A program made the translations under genes and the position numbers. 64,000 bases of DNA from Escherichia coli (GTDB lineage: Bacteria; Pseudomonadota; Gammaproteobacteria; Enterobacterales; Enterobacteriaceae). The notes below the pieces were generated by a model that had not been told where the DNA came from, ran no database searches, and was given only the letters and a program-made list of their open reading frames with translations. The stretch lies in the NCBI RefSeq assembly GCF_016026235.1, contig NZ_CP065613.1. One strand, written 5' to 3'. Shown here in pieces: positions 22,899 through 32,492 of this stretch; the stretch's first letter is position 1; every line of letters begins with the position of its first letter.

Positions 22899-25800
22899 AT
22901 GAGCAAACAATCACAGCATGTATTAATTGCCCTGCCCCACCCGCTGCTTCACCTGGTCAGTTTAGGTTTAGTCTCGTTTATCTTTACCCTTTTCTCGCTT
23001 GAGCTTTCGCAGTTTGGCACCCAACTCGCCCCACTGTGGTTCCCGACGTCCATCATGATGGTGGCGTTTTATCGCCATGCCGGGCGCATGTGGCCGGGAA
23101 TTGCGCTGAGCTGTTCGCTGGGAAATATCGCCGCATCCATCCTGCTTTTTTCCACCAGCTCGCTGAACATGACCTGGACGACCATCAATATTGTTGAAGC
23201 CGTGGTCGGGGCAGTGCTGCTACGTAAATTGCTGCCGTGGTATAACCCCTTGCAAAATCTGGCTGACTGGCTGCGTCTGGCACTCGGCAGCGCCATTGTT
23301 CCGCCTCTGTTGGGGGGTGTTCTGGTTGTCCTGCTGACGCCCAGAGACGATCCTCTCAGGGCATTTTTGATATGGGTACTGTCAGAATCCATCGGCGCTC
23401 TGGCACTGGTGCCGCTGGGATTGTTATTTAAACCACACTATCTGCTGCGCCATCGCAACCCACGGTTGCTTTTTGAGTCGCTGCTCACGTTAGCCATCAC
23501 ACTGACGTTAAGCTGGCTTTCGATGCTGTATCTGCCGTGGCCTTTTACTTTCATTATTGTGCTGTTGATGTGGAGCGCCGTGCGCCTGCCACGAATGGAA
23601 GCCTTTTTGATCTTCCTTACCACGGTGATGATGGTGTCGCTGATGATGGCCGCGGATCCCTCCCTGCTTGCTACGCCGCGTACGTACCTGATGAGCCATA
23701 TGCCGTGGCTACCGTTTTTGCTGATCCTGCTGCCCGCCAATATCATGACGATGGTGATGTATGCCTTTCGTACTGAACGAAAGCATATTTCCGAAAGCGA
23801 AACCCGTTTTCGGAACGCCATGGAGTATTCCGCCATCGGCATGGCTCTTGTGGGAACGGAAGGACAATGGCTGCAAGCCAATAAAGCCTTATGTCAGTTT
23901 CTCGGTTACAGTCAGGAAGAGCTGCGCGGACTCACCTTTCAGCAACTGACCTGGCCGGAGGATCTCAATAAAGATCTCCAACAGGTTGAAAAGCTGATAA
24001 GCGGTGAAATAAACACCTATTCAATGGAAAAACGCTACTACAACCGTAATGGCGATGTTGTCTGGGCGTTGCTTGCCGTCTCACTGGTGCGCCACACGGA
24101 TGGCACGCCGCTCTATTTTATCGCTCAGATTGAAGACATTAACGAGCTAAAACGCACCGAACAGGTGAATCAGCAACTGATGGAACGCATCACGCTGGCT
24201 AACGAAGCGGGCGGGATTGGCATCTGGGAGTGGGAGTTGAAGCCGAATATTTTTAGCTGGGATAAGCGGATGTTCGAGCTGTATGAAATTCCTCCACATA
24301 TCAAACCGAACTGGCAGGTGTGGTACGAGTGCGTGCTGCCGGAAGATCGCCAGCATGCCGAAAAAGTGATTCGTGATTCGTTGCAATCACGCTCGCCCTT
24401 TAAACTGGAATTTCGCATTACCGTAAAAGACGGTATTCGCCATATCCGCGCCCTCGCCAACCGGGTACTGAATAAAGAAGGCGAAGTCGAACGCCTGCTC
24501 GGCATTAATATGGATATGACTGAGGTTAAACAGCTTAACGAGGCATTGTTTCAGGAAAAAGAGCGCCTGCACATTACGCTGGACTCCATCGGCGAAGCCG
24601 TGGTCTGTATTGATATGGCAATGAAAATTACCTTTATGAATCCAGTGGCGGAGAAGATGAGAGGCTGGACGCAGGAAGAAGCATTAGGTGTTCCGCTCCT
24701 GACGGTGTTGCATATTACCTTTGGCGACAATGGTCCCCTGATGGAGAACATTTACAGTGCCGACACCTCACGTTCCGCGATTGAACAAGATGTGGTGTTG
24801 CACTGCCGGAGCGGCGGCAGCTACGACGTGCATTACAGTATTACGCCGTTAAGTACTCTGGACGGCAGCAATATTGGTTCGGTTCTGGTGATTCAGGACG
24901 TTACCGAATCACGCAAAATGCTGCGCCAGCTGAGCTACAGCGCCTCCCATGATGCACTGACGCATCTCGCCAATCGCGCCAGTTTTGAGAAACAACTGCG
25001 TATCCTGCTGCAAACGGTAAACAGTACACATCAGCGACATGCCCTGGTGTTTATCGATCTTGATCGCTTTAAAGCGGTGAATGACAGCGCCGGGCATGCG
25101 GCGGGTGACGCTTTGCTGCGCGAACTGGCGTCGTTAATGCTGAGTATGCTGCGTTCCAGCGACGTGCTGGCGCGACTCGGTGGGGATGAATTTGGTCTGC
25201 TGCTACCAGACTGTAATGTTGAAAGCGCGCGTTTTATCGCTACACGCATTATCAGTGCCGTGAATGACTATCACTTTATCTGGGAAGGACGTGTACATCG
25301 GGTAGGTGCCAGTGCCGGGATTACCTTGATTGATGACAACAATCATCAGGCGGCTGAAGTGATGTCGCAGGCTGATATCGCCTGTTATGCCTCCAAAAAT
25401 GGTGGCCGGGGCCGGGTGACGATTTACGAACCGCAGCAAGCTGCCGCACATAGCGAGCGGGCAGCGATGTCGCTTGATGAACAGTGGCGGATGATTAAAG
25501 AGAATCAGTTGATGATGATCGCCCACGGTGTCGCTTCGCCACGGATCCCGGAAGCACGTAATTTGTGGCTGATTTCACTTAAGCTCTGGAATTGCGAAGG
25601 CGAGATTATTGATGAACAAACATTTCGTCGTAGCTTCAGCGATCCGGCACTTAGCCATGCTCTTGACCGACGGGTATTCCACGATTTTTTCCAGCAGGCC
25701 GCCAAAGCGGTTGCCAGTAAAGGCATAAGCATCGCCCTCCCTCTTTCCGTTGCCGGTTTGAGTAGCGCCACGCTGGTGAATGATCTGCTTGAGCAGCTGG

Positions 25801-26216
25801 AAAATAGCCCTCTACCACCACGGTTATTACATCTGATTATTCCGGCTGAAGCGATTTTAGATCACGCAGTAAGCGTGCAAAAACTGCGGCTGGCGGGATG
25901 TCGGATAGTGCTCAGCCAGGTGGGCCGCGATCTGCAAATCTTCAACTCGCTGAAAGCGAATATGGCAGATTACCTGCTACTTGATGGTGAGTTATGCGCC
26001 AACGTGCAGGGTAATTTGATGGATGAGATGCTGATTACGATTATTCAGGGGCACGCTCAGCGACTCGGGATGAAAACCATCGCCGGGCCAGTCGTTTTAC
26101 CCTTAGTGATGGATACGCTTTCTGGCATCGGCGTCGATCTGATTTATGGTGATGTGATTGCCGATGCCCAACCGCTGGATTTGCTGGTGAATAGCAGTTA
26201 TTTCGCGATTAACTGA
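22899..26216 (+). CDS. dgcE: Diguanylate cyclase DgcE (N-terminal membrane domain, PAS domains, GGDEF, degenerate EAL-like C-terminus)
   Basis: 1105 aa; multi-TM N-terminus; GGDEF motif in RLGGDEFGLLLPD; C-terminal region lacks an obvious E-A-L catalytic motif. Confidence 0.9.
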   Translation: MSKQSQHVLIALPHPLLHLVSLGLVSFIFTLFSLELSQFGTQLAPLWFPTSIMMVAFYRHAGRMWPGIALSCSLGNIAASILLFSTSSLNMTWTTINIVEAVVGAVLLRKLLPWYNPLQNLADWLRLALGSAIVPPLLGGVLVVLLTPRDDPLRAFLIWVLSESIGALALVPLGLLFKPHYLLRHRNPRLLFESLLTLAITLTLSWLSMLYLPWPFTFIIVLLMWSAVRLPRMEAFLIFLTTVMMVSLMMAADPSLLATPRTYLMSHMPWLPFLLILLPANIMTMVMYAFRTERKHISESETRFRNAMEYSAIGMALVGTEGQWLQANKALCQFLGYSQEELRGLTFQQLTWPEDLNKDLQQVEKLISGEINTYSMEKRYYNRNGDVVWALLAVSLVRHTDGTPLYFIAQIEDINELKRTEQVNQQLMERITLANEAGGIGIWEWELKPNIFSWDKRMFELYEIPPHIKPNWQVWYECVLPEDRQHAEKVIRDSLQSRSPFKLEFRITVKDGIRHIRALANRVLNKEGEVERLLGINMDMTEVKQLNEALFQEKERLHITLDSIGEAVVCIDMAMKITFMNPVAEKMRGWTQEEALGVPLLTVLHITFGDNGPLMENIYSADTSRSAIEQDVVLHCRSGGSYDVHYSITPLSTLDGSNIGSVLVIQDVTESRKMLRQLSYSASHDALTHLANRASFEKQLRILLQTVNSTHQRHALVFIDLDRFKAVNDSAGHAAGDALLRELASLMLSMLRSSDVLARLGGDEFGLLLPDCNVESARFIATRIISAVNDYHFIWEGRVHRVGASAGITLIDDNNHQAAEVMSQADIACYASKNGGRGRVTIYEPQQAAAHSERAAMSLDEQWRMIKENQLMMIAHGVASPRIPEARNLWLISLKLWNCEGEIIDEQTFRRSFSDPALSHALDRRVFHDFFQQAAKAVASKGISIALPLSVAGLSSATLVNDLLEQLENSPLPPRLLHLIIPAEAILDHAVSVQKLRLAGCRIVLSQVGRDLQIFNSLKANMADYLLLDGELCANVQGNLMDEMLITIIQGHAQRLGMKTIAGPVVLPLVMDTLSGIGVDLIYGDVIADAQPLDLLVNSSYFAIN

Positions 26217-26225
26217 GGGAGCGTT

Positions 26226-26262
26226 TGCCCATTGCCTGATGCGACATATCAGGCCTACAATT
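26226..26262. repeat. REP-like element between dgcE and alkA
   Basis: GCCTGATGCGACATATCAGGCCTAC (short variant). Confidence 0.6.
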
Positions 26263-27112
26263 CGTCCGTTCCGTCTGGTTGCCAGCCTTCCGTATACCAG
26301 ATATGCAACAGCGCATAAGAACGCCAGGGCTTCCAGCGCTCGGCATAACGGCGGATTTGTGCCGGTGTCATCCCCGGAAATCGCTGTTTAATCAGATAAT
26401 CATCCGGCAGAAAAACATCTTTCGCCTGCCAGCCACGCAAAGCGAAATAATTCGCCGTCCAGCGCCCAATACCCGGAAAAGTTTGCAGCGTTTTCATCGC
26501 CTGCTCCACATCGCCCGGAATTGTCATTGGTAAGCTGCCCTCCAGCGCCGCATTTGCCAGATGAATCAGTGCCTCTGCCCGTTTCAACGGCATGCCTAAC
26601 GCTTTTAATGCCTGCGGGTCGGCTGCTGCCAGCCGCTGAGGCGTGGGGAAGCAGATATACTCCGGAAAATCATCCAGCCGTTCGCCATAAAGCTGTACAA
26701 CTTTGGCAGTCAATTTTGCCGCCATCGCCACGCTCACCAGTTGGCCTAAAATCGCCCGCACACCCTGCTCAAAAGCATCAATACAGCCGGGTAAACGCAA
26801 TCCGGGCCGCGCCGCGCCTAACTTGCCCAACGCACCGTTAACAATCTGCGGGTTACATTGCAGATCAAACAGGCGGCTCATTTTCGCCAGACACTCAGCG
26901 GCAACGGGTTCTAAACCTGCACTTAAATTTATGTGCAGAGTATGGCGGGCTATATCCGGAATAGCAGTCACCACGCCGCGATATTCGCCCACCGCCAGAC
27001 TACGGGCATAATAATCCTCAGCGACCGTTTCCACACCACTCACTGCACGGGCGGCGAGAAATCCCAACATCCACGACCAGTCATACGGCGGCTGCCAGTT
27101 CAGGGTATACAT
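26255..27112 (-). CDS. alkA: DNA-3-methyladenine glycosylase II
   Basis: 285 aa; MYTLNWQPPYDWSWMLGFLAARAV...; HhH-GPD fold. Confidence 0.9.
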   Translation of the reverse strand: MYTLNWQPPYDWSWMLGFLAARAVSGVETVAEDYYARSLAVGEYRGVVTAIPDIARHTLHINLSAGLEPVAAECLAKMSRLFDLQCNPQIVNGALGKLGAARPGLRLPGCIDAFEQGVRAILGQLVSVAMAAKLTAKVVQLYGERLDDFPEYICFPTPQRLAAADPQALKALGMPLKRAEALIHLANAALEGSLPMTIPGDVEQAMKTLQTFPGIGRWTANYFALRGWQAKDVFLPDDYLIKQRFPGMTPAQIRRYAERWKPWRSYALLHIWYTEGWQPDGTDEL

Positions 27113-27245
27113 CGCATCTCCTTATTCATCCGCTTTCAGCATAAACGTTATTCAGACGCTACGCTTTGCTTTCATATTCCGGTTGTCGCGACGGCAACAT
27201 TTCGCTAAAGTCACGCCCCTTCTTCACCGGCATGGGGATTAATTC

Positions 27246-28586
27246 GTGTTTATTGGTTTTGATTACGGTACAGCAAACTGTTCAGTGGCGGTCATGCGTG
27301 ACGGTAAACCGCAATTACTGAAAATGGAAAACGACAGCACGCTGCTGCCTTCAATGCTTTGCGCGCCAACGCGTGAAGCAGTAAGTGAATGGCTGTACCG
27401 CCATCATGATGTTCCGGCAGACGACGATGAAACGCAGGCGCTGTTACGTCGGGCGATTCGTTATAACCGCGAAGAAGATATCGATGTTACGGCGAAAAGC
27501 GTGCAGTTCGGTCTTTCCTCACTGGCACAGTACATTGATGATCCAGAAGAAGTGTGGCTTGTGAAATCACCAAAATCGTTCCTCGGTGCCAGCGGCTTAA
27601 AACCGCAGCAGGTAGCGCTGTTTGAGGATCTGGTCTGCGCAATGATGTTGCACATTCGCCAGCAGGCGCAGGCGCAGCTGCCAGAAGCGATTACTCAGGC
27701 GGTGATTGGTCGCCCGATCAACTTCCAGGGGCTGGGCGGCGATGAAGCAAACGCCCAGGCGCAAGGGATTCTGGAACGCGCGGCGAAGCGTGCCGGATTC
27801 AGGGACGTGGTATTCCAGTACGAGCCGGTCGCGGCTGGGCTGGATTACGAGGAAGAAAAACGGGTGCTGGTGGTGGATATCGGCGGTGGTACGACTGACT
27901 GTTCATTGCTGCTGATGGGACCGCAGTGGCGTTCGCGTCTCGATCGTGAAGCCAGCCTGCTGGGTCACAGTGGTTGTCGTATTGGCGGTAACGATCTGGA
28001 TATCGCCCTGGCGTTTAAAAACCTGATGCCACTGCTGGGTATGGGTGGCGAAACCGAAAAAGGCATCGCCCTGCCGATCCTGCCGTGGTGGAATGCGGTT
28101 GCCATCAACGACGTACCTGCGCAGAGTGATTTCTACAGTAGTACCAACGGTCGTCTGCTTAACGATCTGGTACGCGATGCCCGCGAACCGGAAAAAGTGG
28201 CCCTGTTACAGAAAGTCTGGCGTCAGCGTTTAAGCTATCGCCTAGTGCGTAGCGCAGAAGAGTGCAAAATTGCTCTTTCAAGCGTAGCGGAAACCCGCGC
28301 CTCACTGCCGTTTATCAGCAATGAACTGGCTACGCTGATTAGCCAGCGAGGGCTGGAAAGCGCCCTCAGCCAGCCACTGGCGCGGATTCTGGAACAGGTG
28401 CAACTGGCCCTGGATAACGCCCAGGAAAAACCGGACGTTATCTACCTGACCGGCGGTAGCGCCCGTTCTCCGCTGATTAAAAAAGCGCTGGCAGAACAGT
28501 TGCCGGGCATTCCGATTGCAGGCGGCGATGACTTTGGCTCCGTCACCGCCGGGCTGGCACGCTGGGCGGAAGTGGTGTTTCGTTAA
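27246..28586 (+). CDS. yegD: Hsp70-family (actin-fold ATPase) protein YegD
   Basis: 446 aa; N-terminal phosphate-1 motif IGFDYGTANCSVAV and later DIGGGTTDCSL. Confidence 0.88.
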   Translation: MFIGFDYGTANCSVAVMRDGKPQLLKMENDSTLLPSMLCAPTREAVSEWLYRHHDVPADDDETQALLRRAIRYNREEDIDVTAKSVQFGLSSLAQYIDDPEEVWLVKSPKSFLGASGLKPQQVALFEDLVCAMMLHIRQQAQAQLPEAITQAVIGRPINFQGLGGDEANAQAQGILERAAKRAGFRDVVFQYEPVAAGLDYEEEKRVLVVDIGGGTTDCSLLLMGPQWRSRLDREASLLGHSGCRIGGNDLDIALAFKNLMPLLGMGGETEKGIALPILPWWNAVAINDVPAQSDFYSSTNGRLLNDLVRDAREPEKVALLQKVWRQRLSYRLVRSAEECKIALSSVAETRASLPFISNELATLISQRGLESALSQPLARILEQVQLALDNAQEKPDVIYLTGGSARSPLIKKALAEQLPGIPIAGGDDFGSVTAGLARWAEVVFR

Positions 28587-28598
28587 TTGAAAAATGGC

Positions 28599-30548
28599 TC
28601 AGCAGCGGCTTAAATCTGCCTGCGCCTGAGCCAGTTTTTCTGCTGCCTGACGTAACGGTTCCATCAACGGCATGGTCCGTGCTGGAGCATGAAGGCGGAA
28701 TCGCTGCAACTCTGTCGCGCCGACTGTCAACGCCGATTCCAGCCGATGTCGTTTGGCGGTCATTTTCGCCATTACCGCTTGTCTGTCTGCTGGCGTTATC
28801 GCTTCATTCGGCCTGAACACAAAACGGCGTTCACAGCTCGCTTTCCAGTCGATAACCGCCTGGGTCAGATGGTCGCCAAACCCTTTCACTTGCTTAACAC
28901 CACGACGGGTAACATCTGCCGCTGTTTCAATACCAAAGGACCGTAACGCCGCTTTACGCGCAGGGCCAACGCCGGGAATAGAGGCAACATCAATAAAAAA
29001 TCCCTCCAGAAACTTCTGCTTCTGCCGTTCCCTTGCGGTGTCGTGAAGTGCTGCCAGAGCGCGTTTCTCTTCTTCCGGTAACCCGAGAATTTCGTCTTTC
29101 ATTTTTTCGAGCATCGCCCGTTTGGCGATAAAACCTTCCAGCCCGCCCAACTGTTGGATCTGGTTGACTAAATGGTCATAGTCCATTTTCGCGCGATTAA
29201 ATGCCTCACGGCGTTGCTGGATTTCTGCTTTATAAGCTTTGCTTGTCAGACTGCCAATAATCCAGATAGCCGCCAGCACAGGAACCAAAATAATATAACG
29301 CGGTTCTGCCTGAAGGCCGCAAAGCAACAGCGATAACGCTGACAGTGCGATCTCAATCAGAATGATGTATTCGCGCCGTAACAGGCCTAAAGGAAGCGGC
29401 CGGCCAGTCGGTTGGAAATGATCGGGTAATGGCAATTGCAATGCTGGCGGTGCTACTGACGCCATCACCATCGCCCAGACTTTCGCCAGCACAAAATCAC
29501 CGCTGGTGGTAATGACCTCTTCGCCGAGATCAATAAAATAGATAACGCCTTGATTATCCAGCGCACACCACGGGCAGTCAGTCAAATGAGCGGGGTAAAC
29601 ATGCATTGCTGAAACGGTACATTTCTTTAAATGTTGGCGTAGAGAGTCCAGTGCCGCTACCCACGCTTTAGCCGTCGGACGCCCGGTTGCCACGCCACTT
29701 TCCGTGAATGCCTGCTGAAACATGGCTTCAACATCACTCGGTAACATCGACAGCGGAATCGATCGTGGCGGCGGTTTTAAACCACGCCGCTGATTATCTG
29801 ACGCGTAGGCATAACGGAAATGGGCAATATCCGTCTCCAGCGCATTCCCCGCATCAGAGATAAGCGGCACACCGGAATAAGGATGCCGGCCACCAAACAA
29901 GACGTGAAAAATCAGCAAGGCAAGGCCAAAATTATCGTGATTTTCTGTGCGTTCAAAGCCGACAAATGACGACAAGGTTTGTAGCTCTGGCGGCGTAAAA
30001 TGCGACACGCCGACTTCGCATAAATGCAGTGTGCCATTGGCGTTAATCTGAAAGGAGTCGCTATCAATCAACACCACTTTGCTGTCGCGACCTACCATAA
30101 AGCTGTTCTGGTTTACGTCACCCACGACGTGCCCGTGCTCGTGAACCGTAGCAAAAGATAAAGCAATATTGCGCGCAACATAGAGTAGAAAATCCCACGC
30201 ATAATGAGGGTAACTCTGGCGACGATGTGCCGGGCTATAGATCATATGAATCGGTTCTTTACCAGAAACTTTTGGCATCATAAAACCGATAACTTTTCCG
30301 CCTCGTCCACCGTGAAGCGTTGCCTGCGGCCAGGCGACATAATTCAACAACTGCGCGTCAGCTGTCGCAGCCATAAAGGCAAGTTTGTCCTGTTTTAAGG
30401 CGGGTGGCGGCGTGTGATAAATCTTGGCGACGCTATCGACAAACTCATTGATATCATAAACCGCGCCTTCACCGCCTTTGCCCAGTTCACGGCCTGGCGT
30501 AACGCACTCACCAGTAGCAGTATATAAAGTGGGTTTCATGGTAACCAC
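28599..30548 (-). CDS. yegI: Eukaryotic-like Ser/Thr protein kinase-like membrane protein YegI
   Basis: 649 aa; N-terminal kinase-like domain, central hydrophobic helices, C-terminal helix-hairpin-helix-like motifs (IPGVGPARKAALRSFG, VKGFG). Confidence 0.85.
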   Translation of the reverse strand: MVTMKPTLYTATGECVTPGRELGKGGEGAVYDINEFVDSVAKIYHTPPPALKQDKLAFMAATADAQLLNYVAWPQATLHGGRGGKVIGFMMPKVSGKEPIHMIYSPAHRRQSYPHYAWDFLLYVARNIALSFATVHEHGHVVGDVNQNSFMVGRDSKVVLIDSDSFQINANGTLHLCEVGVSHFTPPELQTLSSFVGFERTENHDNFGLALLIFHVLFGGRHPYSGVPLISDAGNALETDIAHFRYAYASDNQRRGLKPPPRSIPLSMLPSDVEAMFQQAFTESGVATGRPTAKAWVAALDSLRQHLKKCTVSAMHVYPAHLTDCPWCALDNQGVIYFIDLGEEVITTSGDFVLAKVWAMVMASVAPPALQLPLPDHFQPTGRPLPLGLLRREYIILIEIALSALSLLLCGLQAEPRYIILVPVLAAIWIIGSLTSKAYKAEIQQRREAFNRAKMDYDHLVNQIQQLGGLEGFIAKRAMLEKMKDEILGLPEEEKRALAALHDTARERQKQKFLEGFFIDVASIPGVGPARKAALRSFGIETAADVTRRGVKQVKGFGDHLTQAVIDWKASCERRFVFRPNEAITPADRQAVMAKMTAKRHRLESALTVGATELQRFRLHAPARTMPLMEPLRQAAEKLAQAQADLSRC

Positions 30549-31297
30549 AGCGCCAGTGCCAACGTTTTATCATCATCCGTACGCTCGTTTACCGCCGGGC
30601 TGGACAAAAACTGCTTTAACAATTCAGGTAATAAATCGAGTTGTTCCTGCGTTGCTGACGCCAGTCCATTGAAAAACGGGGTAAAGAAAGGCACATGCGG
30701 AGAATTATCCAACATATTTAACGCCAGTCGCTGGATACCATCCGTAAATGCTGCAACTTTATGCACACGCTCAGTGCTGGTGAAAGTTTCCAGTCTGGAA
30801 ACGGCATCTTCATCGGTAATGAAGTGCGTCATATTGGCATATTCACCCACCATCGGCGTAAGCGGCAATTGCAGACCGTGACCAAAATCCACCACCACGC
30901 CGCCATCGCCAATCTGCATAATCAAGGTGCCATTAGCCGATGAAATCAATCCCAGAAACGTGCAGGCAAAATCGCGAACTGCTAATTCTTTGGCTTCCGC
31001 CTCGGCAAAAAGTCGCTGACGAACGGTCAGCACAATATCCGTGGCGAGGATATCATTAAGCCCCAATTCCCCACCCTGCACTTTTTGCGACATATAAGCC
31101 ATCGCTTCATTGACGGCGAGCGTCGCGCCTTCTCCTCCCTGCGAAACGCTACCTGCGCCATCAGCAAGGAACATCACCAGTAATGGCTGCTGGTCATTTA
31201 GCCAGGCAACCTGCATCTGGCAGGCATCCTGGCAAGGCAAGTCCGCGCTGATGTGCGACGTTCCAACAGCGGATGCATAAACCAGACGCCAGCTCAC
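30536..31297 (-). CDS. pphC: PP2C-family Ser/Thr protein phosphatase
   Basis: 253 aa; PP2C-like aspartate motifs ([18 protein letters not shown]); overlaps yegI by 13 nt. Confidence 0.85.
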   Translation of the reverse strand: MSWRLVYASAVGTSHISADLPCQDACQMQVAWLNDQQPLLVMFLADGAGSVSQGGEGATLAVNEAMAYMSQKVQGGELGLNDILATDIVLTVRQRLFAEAEAKELAVRDFACTFLGLISSANGTLIMQIGDGGVVVDFGHGLQLPLTPMVGEYANMTHFITDEDAVSRLETFTSTERVHKVAAFTDGIQRLALNMLDNSPHVPFFTPFFNGLASATQEQLDLLPELLKQFLSSPAVNERTDDDKTLALALWLP

Positions 31298-31953
31298 ACT
31301 GACGTCCAGCCTTTTGGCGCTTCCAGCACAACTTCCGTTCCCGGCGTGGAGCGGGAAACCGAACGCAGCGAACTGGATAACCAGCTAAACAGTTCACGGA
31401 ATTGTAATCCTTGCAGAGGCAAAGGCTGACGAACGCTGATTTGTGCCAGAGTCTTCATATCCGCCCCCTGAACACCGATGGAAAAGAAAGCAAACCTTTT
31501 ATCTTCTTCCCCCCGAAACACTTTGTTGGCTGCAGCCTGCCACTCATCGGTTGGTGCACCATCGGTAATCAGGAAAATCCACGGGCGATAATACGAAATA
31601 CCATTTGCACGATACTCACGTTTCCGCTCCTCTACCATATCCAGGGCTTTGGTAATGGCCGCACCCATTGGTGTATCGCCCTGGGCAAACAGGATGGGCG
31701 GAAAAAAATTAGCGGCGCTGGTAAAGGGTTGTTCCACATGCACCGGGCCGAACGTCACAATGCCGAGTTCCACTCTTTTTAAAGCCAGCGAATCGGCAAG
31801 CAGCTCATCGCGAAAGGTAACCAATCCGGTGTTAAGTTCATTAATAGGTCTGCCACTCATCGAGCCAGAAACATCCAGCAGCAGAATGCAGGGGCAACGT
31901 GGTTCCGGGTTACTGGCAAAATCGCTGGTGGCAAACGTGATTTGTTCGCTCAT
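31294..31953 (-). CDS. yegL: von Willebrand factor A (vWA) domain protein
   Basis: 219 aa; MIDAS motif [10 protein letters not shown]; overlaps pphC by 4 nt. Confidence 0.85.
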   Translation of the reverse strand: MSEQITFATSDFASNPEPRCPCILLLDVSGSMSGRPINELNTGLVTFRDELLADSLALKRVELGIVTFGPVHVEQPFTSAANFFPPILFAQGDTPMGAAITKALDMVEERKREYRANGISYYRPWIFLITDGAPTDEWQAAANKVFRGEEDKRFAFFSIGVQGADMKTLAQISVRQPLPLQGLQFRELFSWLSSSLRSVSRSTPGTEVVLEAPKGWTSV

Positions 31954-32134
31954 AAGAAATCCTTTCTTAGAGAATTATTGAGGTCCGGTATCATACCGAC
32001 TGCAATAATGAAATAAGAGCAAACGAAGAAACTTTCAGAATTAGTCCCGGCGGCGCAGAAAATTTTGCTATTCGCCTCGCAAGAACGGAGAGCCGTCGAT
32101 TGACACTAAGGGCGGAGTGACATAATTTCAGGAG

Positions 32135-32278
32135 TGAGGGTTAGGGAGAGGTTTCCCCCTCCCCCTGGTGTTCTTAGTAAGCCTGGAAGCTAATCACTAA
32201 GAGTATCACCAGTATGATGACGTGCTTCATCATAACCCTTTCCTTATTAAAAGCCCTCTTCTCCGGGAGAGGCTTTCC
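32135..32278 (+). ncRNA. sibA: SibA antisense sRNA (type I antitoxin); coordinates approximate
   Basis: Sigma70-like promoter TTGACA(32100-32105)-17-TAATTT(32123-32128); transcript region fully antisense to the ibsA ORF; imperfect hairpin plus T-rich tail near 32251-32278. Confidence 0.6.
32174..32233 (-). CDS. ibsA: Ibs-family type I toxin peptide (19 aa)
   Basis: Minus-strand ORF ATGATGAAGCACGTC... translates to MMKHVIILVILLVISFQAY; too short for the ORF track. Confidence 0.65.
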   Translation of the reverse strand: MMKHVIILVILLVISFQAY

Positions 32279-32492
32279 CGTTTCAGCGTCCCGCTGAAAT
32301 CATCGGCTTACCTCCTTTCGCCCTGAATGCAGTCTATCGCTAACGCGTGAATAAAATAGTTTCCTCTGTGATTATTGCGTAACGACTCGCAAAGAATATT
32401 TGCTGGCAGGATCGCAGACTACAAAGCCTACGGATTGACAATCTTATCGTGAAGGCATACTTTCAGGAGTGAGGGTAGAGCGGGGTTTCCCC

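Noticed and set aside
30536-30548. Missing small gene (yegJ) that I vaguely recall in the K-12 yegI-yegK neighbourhood
   Set aside because: Here yegI and pphC overlap by 13 nt, leaving no room for it. I cannot recall the K-12 gene order reliably enough to call this a deletion, so it is not reported as a finding.
32279-32300. Six-codon upstream ORF with a strong SD (AAGGAGGT-N5-ATG, MISAGR) in the ibsA leader on the minus strand
   Set aside because: The equivalent position in the ibsB copy reads CCG instead of ATG, so the uORF is not conserved between the two repeat units and is probably fortuitous.
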